A DNA stretch of 63,022 nucleotides, counting the filler, from Octopus bimaculoides (lineage: Eukaryota), in the NCBI RefSeq assembly GCF_001194135.2. It is 5 parts of 5 records of this genome, joined end to end, with 100 filler letters (N's around TTAATTAATTAA, not from the genome) between each part and the next. Parts side by side here need not be neighbours in the genome. Positions count along the whole stretch, not along the records: positions 31,949 to 47,253 come from NC_068988.1; positions 47,354 to 59,247 come from NC_068990.1; 3 more parts are not named here. One strand, 5' to 3'. Positions 38,963 to 51,840 of the stretch are shown here, one piece after another; position 1 is the stretch's first letter; each line of letters starts with the position of its first letter. The translations under genes were made by a program, and so were the position numbers. The notes under the pieces were generated by a model that ran no database searches, was not told the origin of the DNA, and saw only the letters and a list, made by a program, of their open reading frames with translations.

Positions 38963-40243
38963 TTCAAACCTTTTATCGTTCGAAATATTTTATTTCCTTA
39001 CACTAAACATTAGCGGTTCAATCGATTTCTACTGTTTAGCTTATTTTTCAATCACTCAGTTCTTTATAATATTATATGCTTGTATCGTGTTCAATTTGTT
39101 CGTCAATTTCTCTCTCGTATTGTATTATATTTACGTTCATTTGTATGTTTACATGTCTTTGCATGCGTGCTAATTTACGTATTTTTTTTACATGAATGTA
39201 TTTACATTTTATATGCATAAGCCACTGTGTCAGTTCCTATGTAATCGCAATTCATGCTCAAAATAACAAGCGAATCTCCATCATATCATCTTAAAAATCA
39301 ATCCCAAACAACGAAAAAGTGTTAATAACATAAACATGAATATACTATGAGTAAGAAAAAATATGGGATGGTGGAGTAGTAGGGCTTTTGATCATACGCA
39401 TCTTTGTGAGAGTTTAATTGACTGCTTGTTAACACTCTCCAACATTTGAATGAATATATGTTTTCATTTAACTTTTATCTTTTCTTAAATTTCTATAGAA
39501 ATTTCTCTTTAATGTTCCTAATAACTTGCATTTGCTTGCCCCACTATTTTGTGTCTCTTTTTCGCACTCGTTCTCTCTGTGTAACCCTTCTCGATATGAA
39601 TCTAATTGTCTACCACAGTTGAAGTAACGGAGCGAAAAAAAAAACAAACAGTAATATCTTCTACATGTATGTCTGTGTAAAGTTTTTCTTGTTTAAGGGT
39701 GTCCTTATGCATGCATACGTGTAAGCAATAAATACATGTATATGCATATATACATTTGTATATATATATATATATGAATACACATAAAAATACATGTATA
39801 TATGACTATATATAAGAGAATGCACGCAGAAATGTGTGCATTCATGCGTGTATGCATTTCAAGCATGCAAATAGGAATTTATGTAAGAACGCATGTATGT
39901 ACGGGATTATGTATGTTTGTATGTATGCAGGTACGTAAAAATAAGTGTACGCATACTTGGTTGCCGACCTAGATACGAGGCGGAGATAATTCTGGTAAAT
40001 TCAGTTTTTCTTGAATGGCATTTTGCATACCTTCCTTTGTCTTCGAGATCCCAGTATATGCTTTTGACTAATTTGGTACATTATTTGGATAATTTATGGA
40101 TAAGCATATATATAAATATATATAGAGAGATAGACACATGCATTCACACACACTCTATCTATACATATATAAATATAAATATATGTGTGTATGCATTTAT
40201 ACGCACAAACACACACATATATAATGTATCTCTCTCTCTCTCT

Positions 40244-40287
<44 letters not shown>

Positions 40288-40698
40288 GTCATCATCTCAT
40301 TAAAATATACCATTCTCATTCTCCCTTTTTTCTTTATGTTTTTGACGACGGAATATCCCATATTCGGGGATATCCCAGACACAGCAGCAAGACTTTGAAT
40401 TTTTTTCCAATAATAATATTGTATGCGCCTTGCCTTAATGTTTCTTACCCTCTTTAAAACTTATATATCCGCTGCATCGGAAATCTGCAGTGGTTCCATA
40501 ACCACTGTCTGGACTATAAATANNNNNNNNNNNNNNNNNNNNNNNNNNNNNNNNNNNNNNNNNNNNNNNNNNNNNNNNNNNNNNNNNNNNNNNNNNNNNN
40601 NNNNNNNNNNNNNNNNNNNNNNNNNNNNNNNNNNNNNNNNNNNNNNNNNNNNNNNNNNNNNNNNNNNNNNNNNNNNNNNNNNNNNNNNNNNNNNNNNN

Positions 40699-40731
<33 letters not shown>

Positions 40732-41746
40732 TATATATTTATACATGCATACATACATATATGTATATATGAATATATGCACAAACAGAGTATGTTATAT
40801 ACATCCATATATTGATATAATATATAATAATATATACATATCCATATATCTAAACATGCATAGATACATACATACATATTTACATACATACATAATCGAC
40901 CGGTTAAGTAGTACATTACACGTGCAGTCTCTCAGTGGAACAGTAAAAATTTTCAAGACTTTTCTCAAGTTCCAAATGTGAATTTGTCTGTGTAAACGAC
41001 ATCTCAAAGAAGGAGCCTTGTATCTTTGTAAGAAACCGGCACCCTCCTCAGTGAAAGATTTATAATAATTAAAATATAGGACACACACACACACACGCAC
41101 ACACACAAGCACACACACACACACGCACACACACAAGCACACACACACACACACACACTCATACATAGATAACTTAGATATGTTTCAACCAAAAATTGGT
41201 CCAAGCTATGTCTAACATAATAGCACTACCTGATAGGATTAGCTAAATCCTTTTAAAGTCAAGTTTGATAGTGTCATGGTTGATTCGAGTAGGGAATACT
41301 TGTTGAGTGAGCTGCAGCCATCTATAGGTGGCTTATCTGGTATTACGTATTTATTTATATATAATATTTAAGCAAGGAATAGATTAGCAGTGATTTTGAA
41401 ACTCCGGCTCAGTTGCTTTTAGCCGATTGTTTGGCGATACTTCGAAATAGCTGTGAATCTCGTCCTTGTGAAAATAGAATGAATCTGATTCTTGACCTCA
41501 CTGAGTGATTTTTCAATTATGGTTCGAGCTGTTTATATATGGTATTATGGATAAGAGTAAACAACTAAAGGGGTTTTAACCTAATATATGTTATTCCTTG
41601 TTGGCGATTTCGCCCTGAAACTCAGAGACAATAATAGTCAAAAGTATCTATCTATCTATCTATCTAGCTATCTGTCTGTCAATCTATCCCTATACGTCTG
41701 TATGTGGAGGTGTGTATGTGTGTATGGATACATACACACACAGTGG

Positions 41747-41794
<48 letters not shown>

Positions 41795-41909
41795 NNNNNN
41801 NNNNNNNNNNNNNNNNNNNNNNNNNNNNNNNNNNNNNNNNNNNNNNNNNNNNNNNNNNNNNNNNNNNNNNNNNNNNNNNNNNNNNNNNNNNNNNNNNNNN
41901 NNNNNNNNN

Positions 41910-41945
<36 letters not shown>

Positions 41946-43619
41946 AATACTTACATGAAGTGAACTTCGAGCTTAATATTTTCCGACCATTTCTGAATTT
42001 CTCCTAATTAGATATGTATCAGTCAATCAATCTGTTTTTATCATTTCTCTTATATCTCTAATTACCCTTTACCATTGTAGCATTTTGTATAACATTTATG
42101 TGCACACGTACGTGTTTATAGTTAACAAAGACACATAAACCTCACCTGGCACTTGTTAATTACAATAAGCGAGATTTTCTTTCACTGTGAGAACGTTACA
42201 TGTCATTAAGTAATTAGTCTATGTTATTACCAATGGTTGTATGGTATAAATGATCGGAAATGATTTATCTTGAATGTAGCCGTATAAGAAATAACTATGT
42301 ATACTGATGTTTTAATAAACCTAAAGCGGTATTTAGAAACTTAGCAATTTCTAGTTTCTTATGATGGTATTGCATTTGCCAGGTTCCTTCAGGGTCTAGT
42401 TAAAATAGCAGTCATTTTCGTTCATATACATCAATGAAACTTCTTTCACATTGAAGCTGTGAAAATACTTCAAATCTGCTCTACTGGGAACGCTACAAAG
42501 TTAGAAAACCTAAGATAACAAGCATCGATTTATGTGGAATATTTAGGTACACTTGTTATGCCTCGACGAAGCAAATATTCAATCGGAATTCCCTTCCACA
42601 AATTCGAAATTATTAGGAACTGTGACCAGTGCCTGTTCGTATATGAGTATACTAAGAAAATGCATGCACACAAGAATCTCACAAAGTGCACTATATTTTT
42701 TTAGGATTTTTATAGCTGGTGCTGTGCAGTAGCGTAAAAGCTCATAATATATCTTTAGGTTCGAAGTAGTAAGATCTTTTTATTTGCTAATTCCTGTAAA
42801 ATATAGCAGGATTACCATTTCGGGCCTTACCATTTCCAGCATACCAAGTTGTGAGTAAAATATATATAGATGGTTGAGTTTGCTCTTGATACTTTTCTGC
42901 AAGAACTCCTGTAGTTTTTTGCTTATATAAGAAAGCATTAATAAGATTACGATTAATATTTTCAATAATTTTTCTCTGAAGTTAAATCACCCTCACGAGG
43001 CTCATGCCTGTTTTAGTCGATTGTGTGCAGTAATATTGCCTGTTTTTGTTATCAATCCACCCAAACTACATAGAGTGTGGTCTAACTGTAATACTGGGGA
43101 CTCAGCGAGCGACACGATTTATCTTTGAGCAAAGTAATTCATTTCGTATTGCTCTATTTGAAAATGAATACCAGCATGGTGCTGGTGCAGTTCTATTTCC
43201 CTCCATCAGTCACATCCTGGATGGTCTGCTGGATCAAGGATAGGAGGCAGAGAAATTATCTATAGTTACTCGCAACTTCATAGGCACCTAAAACATTTAA
43301 AGAAACAGCTGTGCAATATTTCATTCCTGCCTGCGAGTGCCTCTACCTTTTTTTTTAATACTCTATGTGGCCTCTGGTAGTGTGTTTATATTCTTATCTT
43401 TTTAGACAGCATATAGTGGTTTGCAAGGTAATTAACCACTGTTTCTGGTAGGTTTGAAATATGCGCAGAGATTCCAGGTTGACTGTTCTGATGAATAAAG
43501 TTTTCATGAGTGTGTTCACTTCTTTCTTTGTGAGAATTCTTACAAGAATAGATCTTACGATATCCTTCCGGTCAATGGTTTTGATACATGATATGTATCA
43601 GAGCTCAGACGTTTTTCTT

Positions 43620-44040
43620 TCAGCTCTTGGTTAACATATCTAATCCTTTTCTTTTGCACCCGTGGTCAGTAGGGTCAGGTATATCCCAGTGTCTCGTTGC
43701 CATGTTATTGTGATCTCCCGGTTTGCTGTGTGTTTATACAATTTATTTTCAACTTTTATGCGAAAGTCTCTGAATGTTCAACAATCATCAACGTAATTAC
43801 TTTTCCTGTCATGTCTTTAGTTATATTCTAACTCTGCTAATATTGGACAATCGGAAATAAGGTGGTAAATTGTTTCTTTATGTTGATTCCATTTCTAGTT
43901 CGCTTCTCGTTTAATTATATTACTTTGGAAATTTTATGAGCTAGGCATTGACATTCTGCTTCTACCATTAATTTAGAATCTTTGTACCATTGTTAGCGTT
44001 TATATTGGATCACTTCCTCTCTGTCCACTTTTGTAAGTCA
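43620..44040 (-). mobile_element. Old R4/Dong-like REL retrotransposon fragment (zinc-knuckle to REL start)
   Basis: Minus strand: KETIYHLISDCPILAELEYN*RHDRK...KLYKHT...NNMATRHWDIPDPTD, matching the ET..HL.S.C..LA..EY..RHD and WD.P..TD motifs. Confidence 0.65.
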
Positions 44041-45329
44041 CTCACCGTGGATAACTGATCTAAAATTATTTTATCATTATTATTCTTATTCTTACAGAGA
44101 CATAGAGACAAAATCAATAGAACTTCGGACAAGTACAGAACCATTTCATAATAATCCTACAATGGCCGGTGTTAAATTTCCTCCTTCACAAGTATAAGAA
44201 TGGATGTAATCATAACATACCCCAACCCTGAAAATGTGGGACATTATACTCGTACTAGAATAAATTAATATTATGTTTTATTCATAATTTGAGAGGCAAA
44301 CCAATTCTTTCCATTCTCATAATATTCATTTTTAATAAAGATACAAGGTTTCATATTTTAGCTATACAGTATAAACTCTTGTAACAAATCCGGTGGTTTA
44401 GTGTCTACTATATTCTGTATTTATCCAGCAGTATATCCTAATATATCAAACATTTTATTATCTACTATATCCTCTCCAGAAATGTGAAAGGAAAGTTGAC
44501 TCGGCAAAATGAAAAGGAACATCCTTCAACTCGTTTGCCTACCACTCTATGAACATGCCTGCTTCCGAAACCACACGCTTCATTTACATGACAAGAACAT
44601 ACAGTAATTGTGGAAGTTCGCTGTTGACTTGCAAACTGCAGGATAGCTGGATGTTCATGGGGATACATGAAGTATATAATTTCTTTTAAAAATGTACTTT
44701 TTTGTTTTAGAAGTTTTCTACTGAAGGAGTTATATTGGGATGTTACATCTTTAAGGAATATATTCTTTGTTATAAACTTGTTGCCACTTTTACTTTGAGA
44801 GTTAAAATGTATTATATCTATTGTTTTCAGTTATGAACGCACAGAGCAGTCAATAAGAAAATTGTGAATGACTTCTTTCTTTTGTTAGTTTGGCATTAAA
44901 ATTGTTGAAAATATATTGAAAGATTAACGCATATAGAAAGAATCCTTTAAACAATATTTTCTATGAAACGAAGGTATTACATTCAACACTATCCTGCTCT
45001 AGTGCGAGAAAGCTGAAACAAATCTTAATAAACTGTGTTTCATCATAGCTTTTGTATTAGAGGAATGTTCATATAATTGTATTAGAATCGAGAATGCTAT
45101 GACACTGAAATGAGATTAAAAACAAAGTATAAACATGGTATATGAAGTGCTAACTAATACGTTCGTGAGGATACTTTAGTAATATTTATTGACACTAGTA
45201 TAACTAATTTTGTGTAAGTTCTCAGTTAATGCTTTTTGATATGTAATTGCCTATTATACCTGTTCTGTTGTACCTATTACAAATGAGTTAATGCACATAA
45301 TTCTTAAATGTTATGTTTAATTCAATCTC

Positions 45330-46100
45330 GCTTCTATAATGCTGTAATTTCTTTTATTAGTGTCTTGGCCTTCCACACTCTCCACCTGTCTCTGGCGAGA
45401 TCCTGATATTTCTCAATTCTTTTCAATTTCTTTGGTATTGACTCTGCTCTCATAGGAATTGCAATATTTATGATCTTACACTGTTTAACTTTGTGGTCTG
45501 TGTCCATATCCGATCTTTTTGCTTTCATAGTACGGTCAGTCTTTATGGTGAAATCGCAAAAGATCTCGTAATTCCCGTTTCCTGTAACAACGTCTGCTTC
45601 GTGCCCATGGCAGTTTTCTATTGTTTTGAAGCCAAACACACGACTAACAACACAATATACACTTTTGCCTACACAGTCATCTCTGCGTTTTATATTCCTT
45701 TTGTGCTAGTATATTGCATTCACTCAAAAAGTGATTGATGCTTTCGTTTCCTTTCCCACAGAATCTACAATTGCTATCTGACTGAGCTTTGTCGATCTTT
45801 ACCTTTATCAGGTGTGTTTTAAGAGCTTGTCTTGAGCGGTATAATAAGCATTTCTGTCTCTCGTATCAAGTTCCCACTCGTCAAGTACAGCCAGCGATCA
45901 CAGTTTGTTGCATGAACTGGCTATGTAGTTCCATTTCTTTCCATCTGGTTCGGTCTGTTTCAGTCGCATTTTGAATATCTCCAGCTGCCGATAGTATTGT
46001 TTCTTTATTCAGCACAATAAAATTTGTGTCTTCTGCATTTATTAACCCTCCGCCATTTTTCTTTCTTAGTAGGTAGAGTCGGTCGGTTTTCGTTCGTTTT
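45330..46100 (-). mobile_element. R4/Dong-like REL retrotransposon fragment (end of RT, CCHC knuckle, REL)
   Basis: Minus strand: TDRLYLLRKKNGGGLINAED...DSNCRFCGKGNESINHFLSEC...YEIFCDFTIKTDRTMKAKRSD...CKIINIAIP...KIEKYQDLAR-like (KRIEKYQDLARDRWRVW). Confidence 0.8.
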
Positions 46101-46102
46101 TA

Positions 46103-46220
46103 CACTCTGAATGCAAAATCCGCCGAGGTCTGATTTAACCTTCATGCTTTGGGGCTCGATGAAATAAGTACCACTCGAGAACTGGTATCCTAAAATTTCA
46201 GACCTTGTGCCTACGACAGA
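46103..46220 (+). mobile_element. SINE family 1, 5'-truncated
   Basis: AAATCCGCCGAGGTC...TTCATGCTTTGGGGCTCGATGAAATAAGTACCA. Confidence 0.7.
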
Positions 46221-46405
46221 GAGGTGGCAAATTCGTTAGCACAGCGGACAATTGCTTTGTGGTACTTTTTTCGGCTTTACGTACTAATTTCATATTTTGT
46301 AGAGATTGACTTCGACTTTCATCCGTTCAGGGTCGATAAAATAAGTACCAGTCGAGGAATGGGCGAGGTAAACGACTCTTACCCCAACAAAAAATTCCAG
46401 TCCTT
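46221..46405 (+). mobile_element. SINE family 1, near full length
   Basis: GAGGTGGCAAATTCGTTAGCAC head; CTTTCATCCGTTCAGGGTCGATAAAATAAGTACCAG core. Confidence 0.75.
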
Positions 46406-46424
46406 GTAGAAGGGTTTATTAATA

Positions 46425-46620
46425 TTGGTTTAAACTTTTGGAAGGAGGTTGTGTTAATTACACCGACGCCAGTGTTCCGAACTGGTACTTACTTTATCGA
46501 CCTGGAAATGATGAAAGCAAAGTCGACCTCGGTGGAATTTAAGCTAAGGTCGTAAAAACGGATGAAATACTGGTGAACGTTTGCTTGGTGTTCCAACAGC
46601 TCCGCCAACTTGCCGCCTTA
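46425..46620 (-). mobile_element. SINE family 1, near full length, inverted relative to its neighbours
   Basis: Reverse complement starts AAGGCGGCAAGTTGGCGGAGCTGTTGG and contains AAATTCCACCGAGGTCGACTTTGCTTTCATCATTTCCAGGTCGATAAAGTAAGTACCAG. Confidence 0.8.
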
Positions 46621-47353
46621 AGTTTTATTAATATTGTTGCAGTCATCATATTCGTTCTAATTGTTTTTGTCCTTGCTGTCATCACCATTACCATTTCTGT
46701 AGTATATAACAACACTAACAGCAATAACTCTTGATTCGCTATTGCCATATTCCCAGTTCACATGACTTTAGCTAATTCCCTTCGATTCCTTATAGATGAT
46801 ACTGACTGAAATGTGTTAAAATAGATTTATGCTTTATTGCAAGACCTATCAACAATTTCAAATAAATCAAACGAAAATATTTCCAATTTATATCATCATT
46901 TTGATGGGATATTGGTCAGTTGAATTATCAGAAAATATGTTAACTGCTGTCGTGCAGTCGTAGAAGAACATCATCTCTCTTTTACGACTACAGTACTTCC
47001 ATCACACATTCGAATCATTGGCGCAAGGTCTGGGAGGCCGGTGTCTTGATATGTTGTGTCACGATAGCCAGAATTACTGGAAACTTTCGAACCTAAAAAA
47101 GCCACTGGTTTTCTATTAACTTTCAGGGAATAATTTGTTCATCGGTGTTTATATCTTTACTTGCATTGTCTACAGTTAGACGAGAAACAATGATTTCTAT
47201 ATTTATTCCTCGTACGTAAAATATGCTAGTCGGTGTTGTGTATGTATATATATNNNNNNNNNNNNNNNNNNNNNNNNNNNNNNNNNNNNNNNNNNNNTTA
47301 ATTAATTAANNNNNNNNNNNNNNNNNNNNNNNNNNNNNNNNNNNNNNNNNNNN

Positions 47354-47388
<35 letters not shown>

Positions 47389-49534
47389 TCATACTGCGTA
47401 CACATGAGATAAATTCGTCAGTCTACAAGGCAATGAATGAATTGTAGTTCTAAATTGCATTTATTATAATTATTCCTATGCCAAGAGGAGATCTTCGTCT
47501 TAAACACTTGAAAATCTTTTTAGTGAGTAACGTCGATTATGCCTAGAAGCCAAATCTTATTTAGTCACAGCATATTAATACTCAACATTTTGTAGGTGTT
47601 TGATTCCTAATCACAAGGTTATTCATACAGTTTGGTTTCAATGATTTTAACATGATTTCTGTTGATTGGTTTGTTGAGCAAGTTTTAACGTTTGGATATA
47701 CTATAACGATAATTGGATATGGAATTACGATTTCCTTTACTGAAAATTTGTGCTGATACATTGGCTGATATCACCGATTAACTGGAAGGGCATCGTTCAC
47801 CTGTTGACCTACTGGAATACTTTAGTCTCTTACTATACTTTGAGAATATCGTCTTGAACACTTATCTCTAAATGCTATCAGAATTGATTAAATTTGCAGA
47901 AATTTTAGCAGCGTAGACTAGATTCCAAGCACCTTTCATATGTTATTAGCGAGTGAAAACAAAAAACAATTCTTCCGTGATATTCATTCATAGCATTCCT
48001 TAGGATTCTAGATTCAGAAGTTAATGAAGCATTATAAATATAATTGCATGGTTAAGCATCTTACATTGCAGCTAGGTGGACTCAGGTGCGATCACATTGC
48101 AAAGAACCTTAGATGACTTGTTTTTGCCCTTGTTTCTTCAGAAATGGGTATTCGAAATTCGGTAGACAGAAATCGTTGGGAAACTTGTTTGAAATGGTCC
48201 CTATTCTTGGCTAATAGAATTACTTCACTTGTCAGTTTAACGCCATCAATTAACCCTTGCATGTCATCTATGATGCAGTAATTCGAGCAATTGAGATATG
48301 TTTTAGTTAGAACGAAAAGCAATGACTGCGAACCGTTGCAAGGACGCTGACAATGGTTGCAGGTGAGAGTGAAACGCCTCCTCAAATCAAAAATATGGCC
48401 CTTCAATTTTCAACAGATTGGATGCTTCAAAAAAACTATTAAAGTGTCAAGTCGTAGTCTTATATTGATCAACGGTTGAAGACTACCACCCAGTTAGGCT
48501 GGGGCAATGTTTGTCCCCAAAGCGGAAAGACCAGGTGCAAATATTACAAAGTATCTGGGCCAATATTCTTACAGCCCAGTTAATTCACTGCCGTGGGGTT
48601 TTACTTTTTTTCTTATCACTCCTGAATTTATGAAGTGCAAGGATGATCATGTAAAGATTTTAACTCAGAGCGTAGAAAGTCGGAACTAATCTCTGATGAT
48701 TTAATGACATGATTGTGCCAATTCGAGGCTTAAAATGGAATATAGAAAGATGAACGAAAATAGGATTAAAGTAAAACGTAATAGAAAATGTTGTAATGAA
48801 ATCACAGAGATGAAGAGATGTACCCTACATGCGTGCGTTGTTATCTATATCAACCAGCGTACCAGGTACCGTCAATTTTACTAGGGTAGATTACAAGCAA
48901 CAATACAGTGGGAGACATGTAGAGTTACTGATCCCTCGATCGTAGGGGGCTCTAACTCCACCAATTCCATTATGAATCCCGATTGAAGATCATTCACACC
49001 ACTCTTCTCCAGGCTTGGATGTCTTGAAAAGTGTTGTGATTGAGCGCTTAATGTCCACCTCTCATTAAATGTTTTAAACAATTTGGGATTTGCTTTAATT
49101 TAGAGAGTTTGCTAAATTTAATTAAAACATCTTTTATCAATATTTAAATATTCATACACGGAAAATTATGAAGAATTAAAAGAAGACATCGTAAATTTAT
49201 ATAAATACCACAAAATAAACGTTCATATGATTGCTTAATATTTATCGATAATTAAGTTACGATTGGCACAGTTGTTGAATGACAAACAATTTGTGATTAA
49301 TTTAGCTTTTAAGAGTAATATTACATCAACCCTGAAGAGATGTTTGTCAAGTACAGCGATTGTAGAATTAGAATTCAGTTGAGAATATTGTCTACATCTA
49401 TTGTTCTTGACAAGTTAATGTATGTGCTATAACGATACCAACATTAAGATGAACCAAGCAACAAATGCTAGATGCACTATAAACAAACAGATGACCAGAT
49501 TAGAAATGAAAGATCAATACGAAAATATACTCAC

Positions 49535-49735
49535 AGAATTTGCAATTGGTAGAAACAACGCATTTATTGCCGGTTCTATTTCGTTCGTATCTTCCCATTT
49601 CTCTGACACCAAACTTGAAAATGTAGTACTGAACTCACTTTTTTTCCTAAGACCAGAGTTTACCATTGAAATGTTGCAATGAAAAAAGTAACTTGATGGC
49701 ATTTTTTTCTCGTTTGTTTCAGAATTCCACTGTCT
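49535..49735 (-). CDS. Candidate internal coding exon (201 nt, phase 0-0, 67 aa, unidentified)
   Basis: TTTTCAG| acceptor and |GTGAGT donor both fall between codons of the open frame of ORF 49514-49813. No recognisable homology, and several A/T homopolymers argue against it. Confidence 0.2.
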
Positions 49736-49930
49736 CTGAAAATCATGCGAACTACCATGCCTTTTCTTCATAAATAATATCCTAAAATTAAAGCACCTTG
49801 AAGATTGAAACAATATTACGATTTCAATTACGGGTTGATTGGTATTGACTTCATTACTATTTTGCGGTGGAACGTGAAGATAACACTTCTCATATTTTAT
49901 AGCATATTTAAAGACTTCCTTTCTTTCTAG

Positions 49931-49972
49931 TGGAAAAGACAGTGTCCAGTTGAGCAGAGGAGTGGTACAAGG
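49931..49972 (+). CDS. Candidate 42-nt micro-exon (WKRQCPVEQRSGTR or GKDSVQLSRGVVQG)
   Basis: CTTCCTTTCTTTCTAG| acceptor and AAGG|GTAAAT donor; length is a multiple of 3; two frames open; more GC-rich than the flanks. Confidence 0.2.
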
Positions 49973-51128
49973 GTAAATGTACTAGTTTTCTTAATTTCAT
50001 CTTTTTATATTCTGAATTACTTTGCTTTCTTCGGAACTGATAGTTACTTTTCTTCGTTTGTAGTCAATTAATAAGGAAATATCTACTGTTGTGACTTACA
50101 TTCAAGCTTTCCTTCATTTTCTGTCACTATGATAAAGGAAAAAGAAACACTTCTGCTGTAAACTACACAACTTTCATTTCAGATTTAGGCTATACAGTAA
50201 TGCATTTTTAACAGACATACAACAAAATCTGACCCACGGCAACGTTATCTTTTGTGTGTACCTTTTCTCCCGCCCCTCTCAACCTGGCTCTTCCTAAGAT
50301 TTGTATGGTCTTGTATACTGTAGCATACAAGACCTACTACCTTTACGCTATTCATCATCTGGGGTGTGTCGAGCCCAGACTTGCAATGACGTTCTGTCCT
50401 ACGTTACTTCACAGAATATCCACCCTCTGGTATCTACTCTCTGCTTATATTTTCCCCATAGGTGTCAATGTGCAACAATTTTAAAACGGATCATTAACTT
50501 TATCGATATCTCCGGTTTCAGAGTGTCTCAAAGGCTATGAACATTGGACATTCTTCTAGAATTAGTAAGTAAAAACATAATCTGTAGAGAAGGGTTTGAT
50601 GGAAATTTGGCTATGTGTTTCAGGTGAGTGATGCGGGCTCCATTTCTCATCTACCAAAATCCTCAATTGCAGCTTCTCGATAATAAAGAAAATTTGGTTT
50701 GTAGAATTTGAAAATAAAAGGATGAATAACTTTGGAAATCTATATATTTCTTCTCATTTACATCTTTGACTGTTATGAATCTGAAGTATAATTTCGGATA
50801 TACAATAGCATTGAATGTCAGATTCTTAATGTATTTCTTCTTTCATACTAAGGCGCCCTTGCATGTCAGTTGTTGTTTGGATAATTTTCTGTAAACTCTA
50901 TCTTTGAAACGTTGAAGATATGGGAAATTGTCTTCGCTACGACCGGAATTAGTTTCCTTTATTCGGAATTATTTCATGTATTCAGTATTATAATCTCTAC
51001 CCACACAATACATTCACAACAAAACGCACACACACACATACTTGAGCGCATATGCTCATGAAAGGAAATATAATTGCATATTTCTTTTCAATTCAATATT
51101 ATTCTCAAACCGATTCACATACACGATT

Positions 51129-51187
51129 ATTATATATAGATTCTAATGATCGATGTGACACATCGATCATTAGAATGTATATATAAT
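51129..51187. repeat. 59-nt near-perfect palindrome (28/29 bp), followed by a second 9-bp hairpin at 51197-51218
   Basis: ATTATATATAGATTCTAATGATCGATGTG-A-CACATCGATCATTAGAATGTATATATAAT; then CGTTAATGT-TGGT-ACATTAACG. Confidence 0.9.
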
Positions 51188-51629
51188 CATGCTGTGCGTT
51201 AATGTTGGTACATTAACGACAACATATGATTAATATTTATACTACAGATTCCGGAGTTTTGGAAAACAAGGTTAACCCATCCAACTCAGATTTGAACTCA
51301 CAACATAGAAATACAACACTATATACTCTACAACGTTTAGCTCTTTGTTCTATTCTTTGTATCTCCCTAGCAAATTAACTCTAGTTTAATAATTATTTCG
51401 GAAAATACGGAAGTAATTTCCGATATGTTCCCGTTTATGTGTGTGGCAAATGGCTTAGGTCAAATGTTCAATACCTGGCTAAATTGTCTTTTACAAACTA
51501 AATAAAGTCCTCGATATTTCGGTAAATAGGTGTGAAATATAATATGAATTGCATGATTGTATAATTGCAAATCACCATAGGATAAAGGCATTACACATTT
51601 TAATATCTTAATATGAATTCTGAGAGCAG

Positions 51630-51840
51630 TCAGCGAGCTGGCGTAGCGGTTACCGCGGTATGCAAAACGTTTAGCGTCATTTTATTGCCTTTACGCTGTG
51701 AGCTCAAATTCCGTCGTGGTCGATTTTTGCCTTTCATCCTTTCGATAAAATAGGTAGCAGTTTGAGCGCTGGGGTCGCTGTAATTGACTTACCTTTTACT
51801 CTGAAATTGCTGGCCTTATGCCAACTATCTGAACCCAATA
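51630..51840 (+). mobile_element. SINE family 1, full length
   Basis: CAGCGAGCTGGCGTAGCGGTTA head, GAGCTCAAATTCC box B-like, GCCTTTCATCCTTTCGATAAAATAGGTAGCAG core, GAAATTGCTGGCCTTATGCC tail. Confidence 0.8.

Noticed and set aside
42146-42184. 39-nt minus-strand segment with good acceptor and CAG|GTGAGG donor
   Set aside because: Stops in all three frames; at most a non-coding exon, with no support.
46971-47092. Possible terminal exon on the minus strand (TTTTTTAG|GT-SKVSSNSGYRDTTYQDTGLPDLAPMIRMCDGSTVVVKER*)
   Set aside because: A 39-codon open frame is expected by chance; no homology recognised; its phase does not match the 49535-49735 candidate.
50307-50334. 10-bp hairpin GGTCTTGTAT/ATACAAGACC
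   Set aside because: Length is near chance expectation for a window of this size; no context.
50462-50623. Strong plus-strand acceptor (50461) with donors at 50565 and 50624
   Set aside because: All frames are closed, so no coding exon; motif-only evidence.
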